NCBI GenBank assembly: GCA_903837285.1
Contig: CAILUD010000167.1
Location: forward strand, 19,692-83,691
DNA: 64,000 bases
Origin: an uncultured Bacteroidota bacterium
Lineage (GTDB): Bacteria; Bacteroidota; Bacteroidia; Bacteroidales; GWA2-32-17
Direction of reading: 5' to 3'
Part shown: one piece after another, positions 1-9,277 of the stretch
Layout: the number at the start of each line of letters is the position of its first letter
Position numbering within the stretch: position 1 is the stretch's first letter
The notes under the pieces: generated by a model
Seen by the model: the letters and a program-made list of their open reading frames with translations, nothing else
The model's database searches: none
Told to the model about the DNA's origin: nothing
Made by a program: the position numbers and the translations under genes

Positions 1-117
1 AAATTTAAAATTATAATTCAAATTTAGTTTTTTAAATTATTAAAAGTATATTCTGAAACTTAAAAAATTATTATCTTTCAAAATATAATTTTAAATAGAT
101 AAGCCTTAAAATATATT

Positions 118-660
118 ATGAGAATTATTAAATATGTTTTTTTAGTTTTAATTATTATGAACTTTGTTAGTGAATTAAAATCTCAGGATTTAATTTATCT
201 TAAAGACTATTCAGATACAATAAAATGTGAGATAATAAAGGACAATATTAAAAATATCGAGTATCGTTTAGCAAATAGTTCAGATAGTTCTATTCATATA
301 ATATTAACAAGTGAAATTGAAGGCTATGTTTTATCTCAAAAAAATATTGAAAATATTAATGCAAATTCAGCTGGATATACCTCGAGAGATTCTGTTTTCT
401 TTAAAGGTTTTAATGAGGATAAAGTTTTACCAAAAAAATCTGTTGGTAAATATATTTTTGGCTCAATATTAATGTTTGTTGGTTCTATAATTATTCCTGT
501 AGCTATTATTACTGGTACATCTCAAGAAGATAATGGTGTTTACGATAATCAATTTAGGACTGGGCTTTCGTCTAGGAATGTTACTGGAATTGCTATAGCT
601 ACAGTTGGAATTGGGTTTGCTGCATGTGGTGTGCTTATGATTTCTACTGATAAAAAATAA
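118..660 (+). CDS. hypothetical secreted/membrane-anchored protein
   Basis: 180-aa ATG ORF. Hydrophobic N-terminus (MRIIKYVFLVLIIMNFV) and two hydrophobic C-terminal segments. No catalytic motif recognised. Confidence 0.45.
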   Translation: MRIIKYVFLVLIIMNFVSELKSQDLIYLKDYSDTIKCEIIKDNIKNIEYRLANSSDSSIHIILTSEIEGYVLSQKNIENINANSAGYTSRDSVFFKGFNEDKVLPKKSVGKYIFGSILMFVGSIIIPVAIITGTSQEDNGVYDNQFRTGLSSRNVTGIAIATVGIGFAACGVLMISTDKK

Positions 661-672
661 TTGAAAAATAAA

Positions 673-1134
673 ATGAGTACTATTCAACCATTTTCAGATG
701 AGTATTTTATGCGCGAGGCGCTTAAGGAAGCTAAAAAAGCAGAAATAGAGAATGAAGTTCCAGTTGGAGCTGTAATTGTTTGTAATGAAAAAATTATTGC
801 CAGAACTCATAATTTAACAGAAACTTTGACTGATGTTACAGCGCATGCGGAAATGCAGGCAATAACTTCTGCAGAAAATGCAATAAATGGAAAATTTCTT
901 GAAGAATGCATATTATATGTCACACTTGAGCCTTGTGTTATGTGTGCAGGAGCTTGTTATTGGAGTCGTTTTAAGAGAATTGTTTATGGTGCGTTAGATC
1001 CTAAACGTGGAGCTTCATTAGTTGGTAAAAATTTATATCATCCAAAAACGGAAATTGTTGGCGGTGTGTTAGCTACAGAGTGCGGTGAAATTATTTCAGA
1101 ATTTTTCAGAAAGAAAAGAGAATTAAAATTATAG
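673..1134 (+). CDS. tadA: tRNA adenosine(34) deaminase TadA
   Basis: CMP/dCMP-type zinc deaminase motifs HAEMQAI and PCVMCAGA; size about 150 aa. The track ORF opens at TTG 661; the first ATG at 673 is preferred. Confidence 0.9.
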   Translation: MSTIQPFSDEYFMREALKEAKKAEIENEVPVGAVIVCNEKIIARTHNLTETLTDVTAHAEMQAITSAENAINGKFLEECILYVTLEPCVMCAGACYWSRFKRIVYGALDPKRGASLVGKNLYHPKTEIVGGVLATECGEIISEFFRKKRELKL

Positions 1135-1164
1135 AATACTTGATATTATTTATAATTTTGATAT

Positions 1165-1238
1165 TCTTCGACCCCTCTGGGGTAGAACGTTGGTAGGAAT
1201 ATATATCTACAAACATTGGACTCCAGAGGAGTCCAACA
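1165..1238 (+). repeat. REP-like triple-hairpin unit, copy 1 (partly degenerate)
   Basis: TCTTCGACCCCTCTGGGGTAGAACGTTGGTAGGAATATATATCTACAAACATTGGACTCCAGAGGAGTCCAACAA. Hairpin 3 is intact (GGACTCC-AGA-GGAGTCC); hairpins 1 and 2 carry mismatches. Confidence 0.8.
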
Positions 1239-1288
1239 ATAAAAGAATATTGGGAAAAAAATAAAATAAAGAAATAAAATAATTGACA

Positions 1289-1750
1289 ATGGCAAATTCA
1301 TATTCTAAAATATATATACAAATAGTTTTTGCAGTTAGAAATAGAGAAGCAATGATTGGAGTTGATTGGGAAGAAAGATTATTCCAATATATTACAGGTA
1401 TAGTTCAAAACAAAGAGCAAAAAATGCTTGCGATAAATGGAATGAAGGATCATATTCATTTTTTTATTGGAATGAAACCAACATGTTGTTTATCTGATTT
1501 GATAAGGGAAGTAAAAAAAGCTTCAAATGAATTTATTAATGAGCAAAAATTTACAAAATTTAAATTTCAATGGCAAGAAGGATTTGGAGCTTTTTCATAT
1601 AGTAATTCAGATATTTCTAAAGTTATTAAATACATAATGAATCAGAAAGAACATCATAAGAAAAAAGCTTTTAGAGAAGAATATTTGGAATTTTTAAAAG
1701 TATTTGATGTTGATTATAATGAAAAATATCTTTTTGACTGGGTTGAATAA
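1289..1750 (+). CDS. IS200/IS605-family Y1 (HUH) transposase, REP-associated tyrosine transposase (RAYT)-like
   Basis: About 153 aa with HUH motif (DHIHFFIG) and a C-terminal Tyr motif (VIKYIMNQKEHH) typical of IS200-type TnpA. Flanked by hairpin repeats. Track start is TTG 1283; ATG 1289 is preferred. Confidence 0.8.
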   Translation: MANSYSKIYIQIVFAVRNREAMIGVDWEERLFQYITGIVQNKEQKMLAINGMKDHIHFFIGMKPTCCLSDLIREVKKASNEFINEQKFTKFKFQWQEGFGAFSYSNSDISKVIKYIMNQKEHHKKKAFREEYLEFLKVFDVDYNEKYLFDWVE

Positions 1751-1825
1751 TCTTCGACCCTGAAGGGGTCGTATGTTTGTAGAAAAAAAATGCTACAAAC
1801 GTTTGACTCCAGAGGAGTCTAACAA
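1751..1825 (+). repeat. REP-like triple-hairpin unit, copy 2
   Basis: TCTTCGACCC-TGAA-GGGGTCG, GTTTGTAG...CTACAAAC, GACTCC-AGA-GGAGTC. Confidence 0.85.
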
Positions 1826-1875
1826 ACAAAGAATATAAAAACAAAATAATAAAATTGCTGCAAATTGTAATGTAA

Positions 1876-1950
1876 TCTTCGACCCCTCTGGGGTCGTATG
1901 TTTGTAGAAATAAAATTCTACAAACGTTTGACTCCAGAGGAGTCAGACAA
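1876..1950 (+). repeat. REP-like triple-hairpin unit, copy 3 (best preserved)
   Basis: CGACCCC-TCT-GGGGTCG (1880..1896), GTTTGTAGAA-ATAAAA-TTCTACAAAC (1900..1925), TGACTCC-AGA-GGAGTCA (1929..1945). Confidence 0.85.
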
Positions 1951-2081
1951 AAATACGGAACCATAGGAGGATAAAAAGATTTTCTGTTATTCTGATATCG
2001 TATTTGTTAAGAAAAATAAAGTTGTTGTATTTGTTGGATATTGCTAAAATAAATCATTATACAATATTTACATATTTTAAT

Positions 2082-2089
2082 TAATTTTG
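2082..2089 (+). promoter_or_regulatory. candidate -7 box TAATTTTG upstream of the LOG-family gene
   Basis: Matches TAnnTTTG, 67 nt before ATG 2156. Confidence 0.25.
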
Positions 2090-2155
2090 TAAAGTTTTAT
2101 TTTAGTACAATAATTACTAAATTGCACTAATAAGTGATATTTAATTTTAATAGAA

Positions 2156-2788
2156 ATGAAAAACTTTGATTTTGATCTTAATTTAAATATGGGAAATCAG
2201 CCACAAAAAAAAGCAATTTGTGTGTTTTGTTCTTCAAGTGAAGTTTTAGATAATTCGTATTTTGAAGTTGCCAAGCAAATGGGTAAATTAATTGCTGAAA
2301 ATGGTTTTAATCTGGTGCATGGTGGTGGAATGATTGGTTTAATGGGAGCAATTTCTGAGTCGTCACAGAAATATGGAAGTAAAGTAACCGGAGTTTTACC
2401 AGAAAGATTAAACTTAGAAGGAATTGCATCTGAAACTGATGATGAAATTATTATTACAAAAGATATGGCTGATAGAAAAACCGAAATGAGAAAAAGATCT
2501 GAAGCGTTTATTGCTTTGCCTGGTGGTTTCGGTACTTTAGAGGAAATATCTGAGGTAATAACTCTAAAACAATTAAAATATCATACTAAGCCTATTGTTA
2601 TTTTAAATACAAATGAGTTTTATAGTCCGTTAATTCAGATGTTTGAAAAGTTTTATGAGCATTCATTTGCAAAAGTAGAGTATAGAAATCTGTACTTTGT
2701 TGCGAAAACACCTGAAGAAGCGATTCAATATATTAATGATTATAAATATGAAGAAGTAAAGGACAAATGGTTCTTTAAGAATTTGTAA
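2156..2788 (+). CDS. LOG family protein (TIGR00730-type, cytokinin riboside 5'-monophosphate phosphoribohydrolase-like)
   Basis: Motifs GGGMIGLMG and PGGFGTLEEISE (PGGxGTxxE); about 200 aa. Confidence 0.85.
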   Translation: MKNFDFDLNLNMGNQPQKKAICVFCSSSEVLDNSYFEVAKQMGKLIAENGFNLVHGGGMIGLMGAISESSQKYGSKVTGVLPERLNLEGIASETDDEIIITKDMADRKTEMRKRSEAFIALPGGFGTLEEISEVITLKQLKYHTKPIVILNTNEFYSPLIQMFEKFYEHSFAKVEYRNLYFVAKTPEEAIQYINDYKYEEVKDKWFFKNL

Positions 2789-2792
2789 TAAT

Positions 2793-5201
2793 TTAAATTC
2801 TAATTCCGGTAACAGTAATATCATCAACTTGTTCAGAATTTCCAATCCAATCTTTAAAGGTCTTTTCTAGTATTTCCTTTTGAATATTCATTGTTTCATT
2901 GAAATTTGATAATAATATTTCCTTAAATTGTTTGTACATAAACTTTTTACCTTTAGGGCCGCCAAATTGGTCTGCAAAACCATCGCTAAATAAGTAAATA
3001 CAATCGCCCTTTTGTAGAGTTAAATTATGATTTGTAAATGGCTCCATTCTTTCGTGAATTGAAACTGGCATTTTATCTCCTTTGAGTTCAATTAATTTAG
3101 AAGTTAGACAATGCACATTCGCATTACTAAGTGTAGGCTCCATCGAAGTGTTTTCTTCATTGTCTTCAACTACGCTCAGACTTACTGAAGAAATAATATA
3201 AAGTGGGTTATTTGCTCCTGAGAATTGCATTTCCAGAGTTTCTGTATTAATTGTTATTAATGACATGTCCATGCCATCTTTCTGTTCTCCTTCAATACCC
3301 TGCTGTTGCAATGACAGTATAATATTTTGTCGTAATAAGTTTAGAATATTTGAAGCATTAGTTTGTTTTTCTTTTTTAATTATTTCATTTAAAAAAGAAA
3401 TGCCAAGCATGCTCATAAATGCTCCTGGAACACCATGACCTGTGCAATCGGCAACACAAATAATTATTTTATTGTCAATTTTTGATGCCCAATAAAAATC
3501 ACCGGAAACAATATTCCGCGGAAGAAATATTGTGAAATACTCATAATTATTTTTTGATAAAACCTCAAGAGAAGGTATCATTGCTGCTTGAATACGTTTA
3601 GCATAATGGATACTTGAAGTTTGTTCGTTATGTATTATTTCTATTTGATTTTTTTGAATTGTTACAGTATCTCGTTGTGTTGTGATTTCATCTCGTTGTG
3701 ATTCGATCTCTTCTTTTTGTTGCTCAAGTTCTTCGTTTTTCTCTTCGATTTCACTTTTTTGTTCAGCAAGAAGAATATTAGCTTTCTTTTTATGTCTATA
3801 ACTTCTGTAAATAACAATAGACAATAATATCATAAGACCGAATCCAAAGAAATAGAAATTACGATATAACTTTTGTTTTTGAAGCTCAGCATTTGAAGCT
3901 AATTCTCTTTTCGAATTTTCAAATTCTATTTTTTCTTGTTTTTTATCATATTCATAATCACTCTCAAGTCTAATCATTTTTTGATTATTTTCTTTTGAGT
4001 TGAGGCTATCTTCTAAATTATTAAATAACTCTTTATATTCATAAGCTTTTTTGTAATCGTGGGAGCTGAAATAAATTTTACTTAGTCCTTGGTAAGTTGA
4101 TAAAATTAATTCATTTGCACCAAGCTCTTTTCCCAGTTTTTCTGATTGTTTGAAATAGAAAATGGCATTTTTAAAATCTTTTATTTCTAAATATAATTCA
4201 CCAAAACAAACTAGATTATTTAAAATACTAATTTGGTTTCCTATTTCATTTTGAATTTTCAATGATTGTTTAAAACAATCTATAGCTAATTCGAATTTTT
4301 TCTGACCTTGATATACTAATCCAATATTAGTTAATGCCTGTCCAATACCGGTAATGTTTCCAACTTCCTCTTTTAATTTCTTGCTTTTATCTAAATAATA
4401 TAACGCTGTATCGTATTTGTTTAGATGTAAATATGTAACCCCTATGTTGTTATATCCGTCGGCAAGGTTTAGTAAATTATTTTCTGATTTATATATTCCG
4501 ATTGTTTTAAAATAATAATCTAAAGCTTTGTAATATTTTTTTTGACTTTCAAATATCATCCCGATGTTATTTAAATAATTTACAAGCTTTTCGGAATTGT
4601 TAGTTTTTTCTTCAATTTTTAATCCTTTAAAAGTATAATCTAAAGCTTTCTCGAAAATTCCTAAATAATAATAAACAATTCCTATATTTAAATAAGAACT
4701 TGCCATATTACTGCTATCTTTTAGCAAAATTGCATAGTTTAAACTTCTAAATTGATAATCTAATGATTGTTGGTAATTGCCCATATAATCATAAACTATT
4801 GCAATATTATTTAATGCCGAAGAAATATTACTGGTATCATTTAATTGTTGAGCAATATCTAAACACTTAATATGGTTTTCAATTGCTAAATCATATTTAC
4901 CTTGTATTTCATATATAATTCCCTTAGTGCTATATGAAATTGCAATTCCCCTTTTATAACTTAATTTTTTTGATAATGTGAGAGCCTTATTAGCCCAAAT
5001 TGTTGCACTATCAAGATTTGTTGTAGTATATTCATATGCAATAGCACACATTGCAACAACCTTGTCGTTATCATTAGAGCATCTAAAATAATCCTTAAAT
5101 AATTTGTTTAATGAATTGTTTGAAAAAGTATTGCTGAAAGATAAAACAATGATAAGTGCTGTAAATGAAAATTGTTTTATTTGTTGTTTGGAGAATCTCA
5201 T
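2793..5201 (-). CDS. TPR-repeat sensor / SpoIIE-family PP2C protein phosphatase (paralog 1)
   Basis: Signal peptide, then about 10 TPR-like repeats (NNIGxVY..G.Y.KAL.YY.K), one TM helix (FYFFGFGLMILLSIVIY), a coiled coil (EEIESQRDEITTQRD) and a C-terminal SpoIIE/PP2C domain (GDFYW, DCTGHGVPGAFMSMLG, DGFADQ, DDITVTGIRI). Confidence 0.8.
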   Translation of the reverse strand: MRFSKQQIKQFSFTALIIVLSFSNTFSNNSLNKLFKDYFRCSNDNDKVVAMCAIAYEYTTTNLDSATIWANKALTLSKKLSYKRGIAISYSTKGIIYEIQGKYDLAIENHIKCLDIAQQLNDTSNISSALNNIAIVYDYMGNYQQSLDYQFRSLNYAILLKDSSNMASSYLNIGIVYYYLGIFEKALDYTFKGLKIEEKTNNSEKLVNYLNNIGMIFESQKKYYKALDYYFKTIGIYKSENNLLNLADGYNNIGVTYLHLNKYDTALYYLDKSKKLKEEVGNITGIGQALTNIGLVYQGQKKFELAIDCFKQSLKIQNEIGNQISILNNLVCFGELYLEIKDFKNAIFYFKQSEKLGKELGANELILSTYQGLSKIYFSSHDYKKAYEYKELFNNLEDSLNSKENNQKMIRLESDYEYDKKQEKIEFENSKRELASNAELQKQKLYRNFYFFGFGLMILLSIVIYRSYRHKKKANILLAEQKSEIEEKNEELEQQKEEIESQRDEITTQRDTVTIQKNQIEIIHNEQTSSIHYAKRIQAAMIPSLEVLSKNNYEYFTIFLPRNIVSGDFYWASKIDNKIIICVADCTGHGVPGAFMSMLGISFLNEIIKKEKQTNASNILNLLRQNIILSLQQQGIEGEQKDGMDMSLITINTETLEMQFSGANNPLYIISSVSLSVVEDNEENTSMEPTLSNANVHCLTSKLIELKGDKMPVSIHERMEPFTNHNLTLQKGDCIYLFSDGFADQFGGPKGKKFMYKQFKEILLSNFNETMNIQKEILEKTFKDWIGNSEQVDDITVTGIRI

Positions 5202-5206
5202 TCTGA

Positions 5207-5947
5207 TTATTTTCTTAACTCGAAATTTTTTCCTAGATACAATTTTCTTACTTGTTCATCATCGCTAAGTTCTTCAGCAGTTCCTGCTTTAAATATTTTA
5301 CCTTCAATAAGTAAATAAGCTCTATCTGTTATTGTAAGTGTTTCGTGCACGTTGTGATCTGTTATCAGAATCCCAATATTTTTTTCTTTCAATTTTGAAA
5401 CTATCTCTTGAATATCTTCAACAGCAATTGGGTCTACGCCTGCAAAAGGTTCATCTAAAAGTATGAATTTGGGATTTAGAGCAAGCGCACGGGCAATCTC
5501 TGTTCGCCTTCTTTCGCCACCTGAAAGTTGAATGCCTAAACTTTTTCTAATTCTGTTTAAACCAAATTCTTCAAGTAGCGTTTCTAATTTTTCTTTTTGA
5601 TCAGTTTTTGTAAGCTTAGATAATTCAAGTATAGAACGAATATTATCTTCAACTGTCATTTGCCTGAAAACAGATGCTTCCTGCGCTAAATACCCAATTC
5701 CCATTTGAGCTCTACGATATACCGGTTCTCTGGTAATCTCTACATCATCTAAAAATATTTTTCCATCGTTTGGTTTTATTAAACCAACAATCATATAAAA
5801 AGATGTTGTTTTACCTGCACCGTTTGGTCCTAGTAAACCAACAATTTCTCCTTGGTTTACTTCAATTGATGCCTCTTTAACAACTACTCTAGAACCGTAT
5901 TTCTTTACTAATTTCTCGGTATATAACTTCATTTTATGATTTTCCAT
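5207..5947 (-). CDS. lptB: LPS export ABC transporter ATP-binding protein LptB
   Basis: Walker [10 protein letters not shown], signature LSGGERRR, Walker B ILLDEP. About 240 aa, directly downstream of kdsD. Alternative start at the internal Met (5932). Confidence 0.85.
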   Translation of the reverse strand: MENHKMKLYTEKLVKKYGSRVVVKEASIEVNQGEIVGLLGPNGAGKTTSFYMIVGLIKPNDGKIFLDDVEITREPVYRRAQMGIGYLAQEASVFRQMTVEDNIRSILELSKLTKTDQKEKLETLLEEFGLNRIRKSLGIQLSGGERRRTEIARALALNPKFILLDEPFAGVDPIAVEDIQEIVSKLKEKNIGILITDHNVHETLTITDRAYLLIEGKIFKAGTAEELSDDEQVRKLYLGKNFELRK

Positions 5948-5958
5948 GCATATTGTTT

Positions 5959-7002
5959 TTAAACTATCCCTTCGTGTAATATATCGTGAATGTGAAGAAT
6001 TCCATTGTATTTATTGTCTTTGGAAACGACTAATTGTGTTATTTTATTTTTTTCCATTATGTAAAATGCGTTTATTGCCATTTCATCGGGCGAAACCATT
6101 TTAGGGGAAACCGACATTATATCTTTTGCAGTTATAGTATTTATGTCGAATTGTTTTTCGAGCATTCTTCTTAAATCTCCATCTGTAATTATTCCAAGTA
6201 CTTTGTCGTTCTCGTCAACAACAACTGCAGCTCCTAATCGTTTTGAAGAAATTTCGAAAATAACAGTTTTTAAGCTATCGGCTTGTCTCACTTTTGGAGG
6301 ATTATCGTTTTTAGTTAAATCTTTTACACGCATGTATAGTTTTTTTCCTAGGGTTCCTCCGGGATGATACCTTGCAAAATCCTCTTTAGTGAAACCGTGT
6401 TTGTGTAAAAGGCATACCGCTAAAGCATCACATAACACTAGTTGTGCCGTAGTGCTTGAAGTAGGGGCAAGGTTATTTGGACAAGCTTCCTCATCTACAG
6501 TTGCCTTTAAGATGAAATCGGCATTTTTTGCCAAGAATGAACTTATGTTGGAAACGATAGCAACAACTTTATTTCCTTGGTTTTTAATGATTGGAATTAG
6601 AACCTTAATTTCCGGAGTGTCGCCACTTTTTGAAATGCAAATTACTACATCATCACTTAACACTATTCCTAAATCACCGTGAATGGCATCGGCTGCGTGC
6701 ATAAAAACTGCTGGCGTGCCTGTACTATTAAGAGTTGCTACTAATTTTTGTGCAATAATTGCACTTTTTCCTATTCCGGTTGCAATAACTCTACCCTTTC
6801 CTGAGAAAATGAGATTAACTACTTTCTCAAAATTATTATCAATTAATAATGCTATTTTTTTTATTGCTTCTGCTTCGGCAATAACTGTCTTTATAGCAAG
6901 TGCTTTTATATCGTTATTAGTTTCCAATTTTTGTAAGTTTGTCAAAATTATGAAAAAATAATTTGTAGAAGTGATAAAAAATGAATTAACTTTAGGTTGC
7001 AA
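5959..7002 (-). CDS. kdsD: arabinose-5-phosphate isomerase (KpsF/GutQ/KdsD family: SIS plus tandem CBS domains)
   Basis: SIS motif [11 protein letters not shown] and C-terminal CBS pair. The 5' end is uncertain: the track uses TTG 7002, while an in-frame TTG at 6945 would give a family-typical length. Confidence 0.85.
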   Translation of the reverse strand: MQPKVNSFFITSTNYFFIILTNLQKLETNNDIKALAIKTVIAEAEAIKKIALLIDNNFEKVVNLIFSGKGRVIATGIGKSAIIAQKLVATLNSTGTPAVFMHAADAIHGDLGIVLSDDVVICISKSGDTPEIKVLIPIIKNQGNKVVAIVSNISSFLAKNADFILKATVDEEACPNNLAPTSSTTAQLVLCDALAVCLLHKHGFTKEDFARYHPGGTLGKKLYMRVKDLTKNDNPPKVRQADSLKTVIFEISSKRLGAAVVVDENDKVLGIITDGDLRRMLEKQFDINTITAKDIMSVSPKMVSPDEMAINAFYIMEKNKITQLVVSKDNKYNGILHIHDILHEGIV

Positions 7003-7055
7003 AAATATTTAATTTGACACTAACAGCAAAATTATTCACAGAGAAGGGTAAATAA

Positions 7056-9245
7056 ATGGACAAGACGAAAGAAAATTCACTACATCAACTACTAAAAAAA
7101 CATTTCGGGTTCGATAATTTTAAAGGAAACCAAGAAGAAATTATAGATAATTTATTAGCAGGAAGAAATTCATTTGTATTATTGCCAACCGGCGGAGGAA
7201 AATCATTATGCTATCAACTTCCTGCTATTATAATGGAAGGTACGGCAATTATTATATCTCCTCTTATTGCATTAATGAAAAATCAAGTTGATGCTATAAG
7301 AGCATTCAGTAACGAAGATGGAATTGCACATTTTCTTAATTCCTCTTTAAATAAAAGCGAAATTGCAAGAGTTAAAGCAGATGTTGTATCAGGTAAAACA
7401 AAAATGTTATATGTTGCTCCTGAGTCTTTAACAAAAGAAGAAAATGTTGAGTTCTTAAAAAAGATTAAAATATCTTTTTACGCAATTGATGAAGCACATT
7501 GTATTTCTGAGTGGGGACATGATTTCCGTCCAGAGTATCGCAGAATAAGACCAATTATTGACGAGATTGGTAAGGCTCCTGTAATTGCATTAACTGCAAC
7601 TGCTACGCCTAAAGTTCAGCACGATATATTAAAAACATTGGTTATTCAGGATGCAAACGTTTTTGTATTCTCGTTTAATAGAGCAAATCTTTATTATGAG
7701 ATTCGACCAAAAATTGGTGCAACCAAAGAAATTATAAGGTTTATAAAAAATAATGAAGGGAAATCAGGAATTATTTATTGTTTAAGTCGTAAAAAAGTAG
7801 AAGAATTAGCTGAGCAATTAGTTGCAAACGGAATAAAAGCATTGCCATATCATGCGGGATTAGACTCAAATACCCGTGTAAATAATCAGGATGCTTTTTT
7901 AATGGAAATGTGTGATGTTATTGTTGCTACTATTGCTTTTGGGATGGGTATAGATAAGCCTGATGTGCGATTTGTTATACACTACGATATGCCTAAAAGT
8001 CTTGAAGGGTATTATCAGGAAACCGGACGGTCTGGTCGTGATGGAGGTGAAGGGCAATGCATTGCCTTTTATAGTTATGATGATATTCAAAAGCTCGAAA
8101 AATTTATGCAGGGCAAACCTGTTTCGGAGCAAGAAATTGGAAAACAATTGCTTTTCGAAACCGTATCATATGCAGAATCTTCTGTTTGCCGTCGTAGATT
8201 ACTTTTACACTATTTTGGTGAAGAATATAAACGCGATAACTGCGAGAATTGTGATAATTGTTTAAATCCAAAAGTTCAGTTCGATGGAAGTGAGTTTATT
8301 GTTACAGCATTGCAATGTATTATTGAAGTACAGGAAAAATTTAAAGCAGAACACATTTCTGATATACTATGCGGAAATGCAACATCATCAATAAAAACTT
8401 ATAATCATCATCATATTGAATCTTTTGGAACAGGAAGTGATGAAAATAAAAAATATTGGCTGGCTGTTTTAAGGCAAGCTCTGATAAAGAAATTTATCAT
8501 AAAAGATATTGAAAATTATGGTTTATTAAGTGTTAGTGCGGAAGGTAGGAAATATATGGAAGAACCATATGAGATTATGCTAATGCGCGACCATGAATAT
8601 GAACAAGGCGAAGATGATGATATGCCTAAGGGACAAGTTGGCGATAATGCATCTGACCCTATACTTTTTGCAATGCTTAAAGATTTAAGAAAACAAATTG
8701 CAAAAAAGAGTAATTTACCTCCTTTTGTTATTTTTCAGGATCCATCTTTAGAGGAGATGGCGATTCAATATCCAATCAAAATGGATGAAATGAAAAATAT
8801 TGTTGGAGTTGGCGCAGGAAAGGCACAGCGATATGGACAACCTTTTATTGATTTAATTCTGACTTATGTTAACGAAAACGAGATAGAGCGACCACAGGAT
8901 ATGGTCGTAAAATCTGTAATTAATAAAAGCAGTTTAAAAGTTTTTATAATTCAAAGTATTGATAGAAAAATTCCTCTTGATGATATTTGTAATGCTAAAG
9001 GGATTGAATTTGAAAGTCTGTTGGATGAGTTGGAAGCAATAGTATATTCAGGAACAAAAGTAAATTTGTCTTATACGATTTCTCAATCAATTGATGATGA
9101 AAAACAATCTGAATTATATGATTATTTTCAGAATGCAGATACAGATACTCTGGAAGCAGCAATAAAAGAGCTTGGAGAAGATGATTACTCAATGGAGGAA
9201 ATCAGATTGATGAGGTTGAAGTTTATATCAGAAATGGGAAATTAA
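7056..9245 (+). CDS. recQ: ATP-dependent DNA helicase RecQ
   Basis: Motif I PTGGGKS, DEAH box AIDEAHCISEWGHDFRPEY, zinc-binding cluster CRRR...CENCDNC, and a C-terminal HRDC-like region. Confidence 0.95.
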   Translation: MDKTKENSLHQLLKKHFGFDNFKGNQEEIIDNLLAGRNSFVLLPTGGGKSLCYQLPAIIMEGTAIIISPLIALMKNQVDAIRAFSNEDGIAHFLNSSLNKSEIARVKADVVSGKTKMLYVAPESLTKEENVEFLKKIKISFYAIDEAHCISEWGHDFRPEYRRIRPIIDEIGKAPVIALTATATPKVQHDILKTLVIQDANVFVFSFNRANLYYEIRPKIGATKEIIRFIKNNEGKSGIIYCLSRKKVEELAEQLVANGIKALPYHAGLDSNTRVNNQDAFLMEMCDVIVATIAFGMGIDKPDVRFVIHYDMPKSLEGYYQETGRSGRDGGEGQCIAFYSYDDIQKLEKFMQGKPVSEQEIGKQLLFETVSYAESSVCRRRLLLHYFGEEYKRDNCENCDNCLNPKVQFDGSEFIVTALQCIIEVQEKFKAEHISDILCGNATSSIKTYNHHHIESFGTGSDENKKYWLAVLRQALIKKFIIKDIENYGLLSVSAEGRKYMEEPYEIMLMRDHEYEQGEDDDMPKGQVGDNASDPILFAMLKDLRKQIAKKSNLPPFVIFQDPSLEEMAIQYPIKMDEMKNIVGVGAGKAQRYGQPFIDLILTYVNENEIERPQDMVVKSVINKSSLKVFIIQSIDRKIPLDDICNAKGIEFESLLDELEAIVYSGTKVNLSYTISQSIDDEKQSELYDYFQNADTDTLEAAIKELGEDDYSMEEIRLMRLKFISEMGN

Positions 9246-9277
9246 TTAGAATTAAAATAGTTTGTAGCAAATAATAT

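Larger units (their letters stand above)
1165..1950 (+). mobile_element. IS200/RAYT-type unit: hairpin unit, then tnpA, then two tandem hairpin units
   Basis: A Y1 transposase gene bracketed by three same-orientation copies of a 75-nt triple-hairpin sequence. Copy 2 begins directly after the tnpA stop codon. Confidence 0.65.

Noticed and set aside
1165-1950. Three spaced direct repeats that might be taken for a small CRISPR array
   Set aside because: The units are about 75 nt with three internal hairpins. The spacing is irregular (one 'spacer' is a whole transposase gene, the other about 50 nt), and no cas genes are nearby. A REP/IS200-type explanation fits better.
1671-1964. 97-aa minus-strand ORF from the track
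   Set aside because: It runs antisense across the tnpA 3' end and two hairpin repeat units. Its low-complexity translation is dictated by the palindromes.
6143-6961. Three consecutive plus-strand ORFs (74, 97 and 92 aa) inside kdsD
   Set aside because: These are antisense shadows of a well-supported SIS/CBS gene. Their composition is biased, no motifs are present, and they are broken into three frames or pieces.
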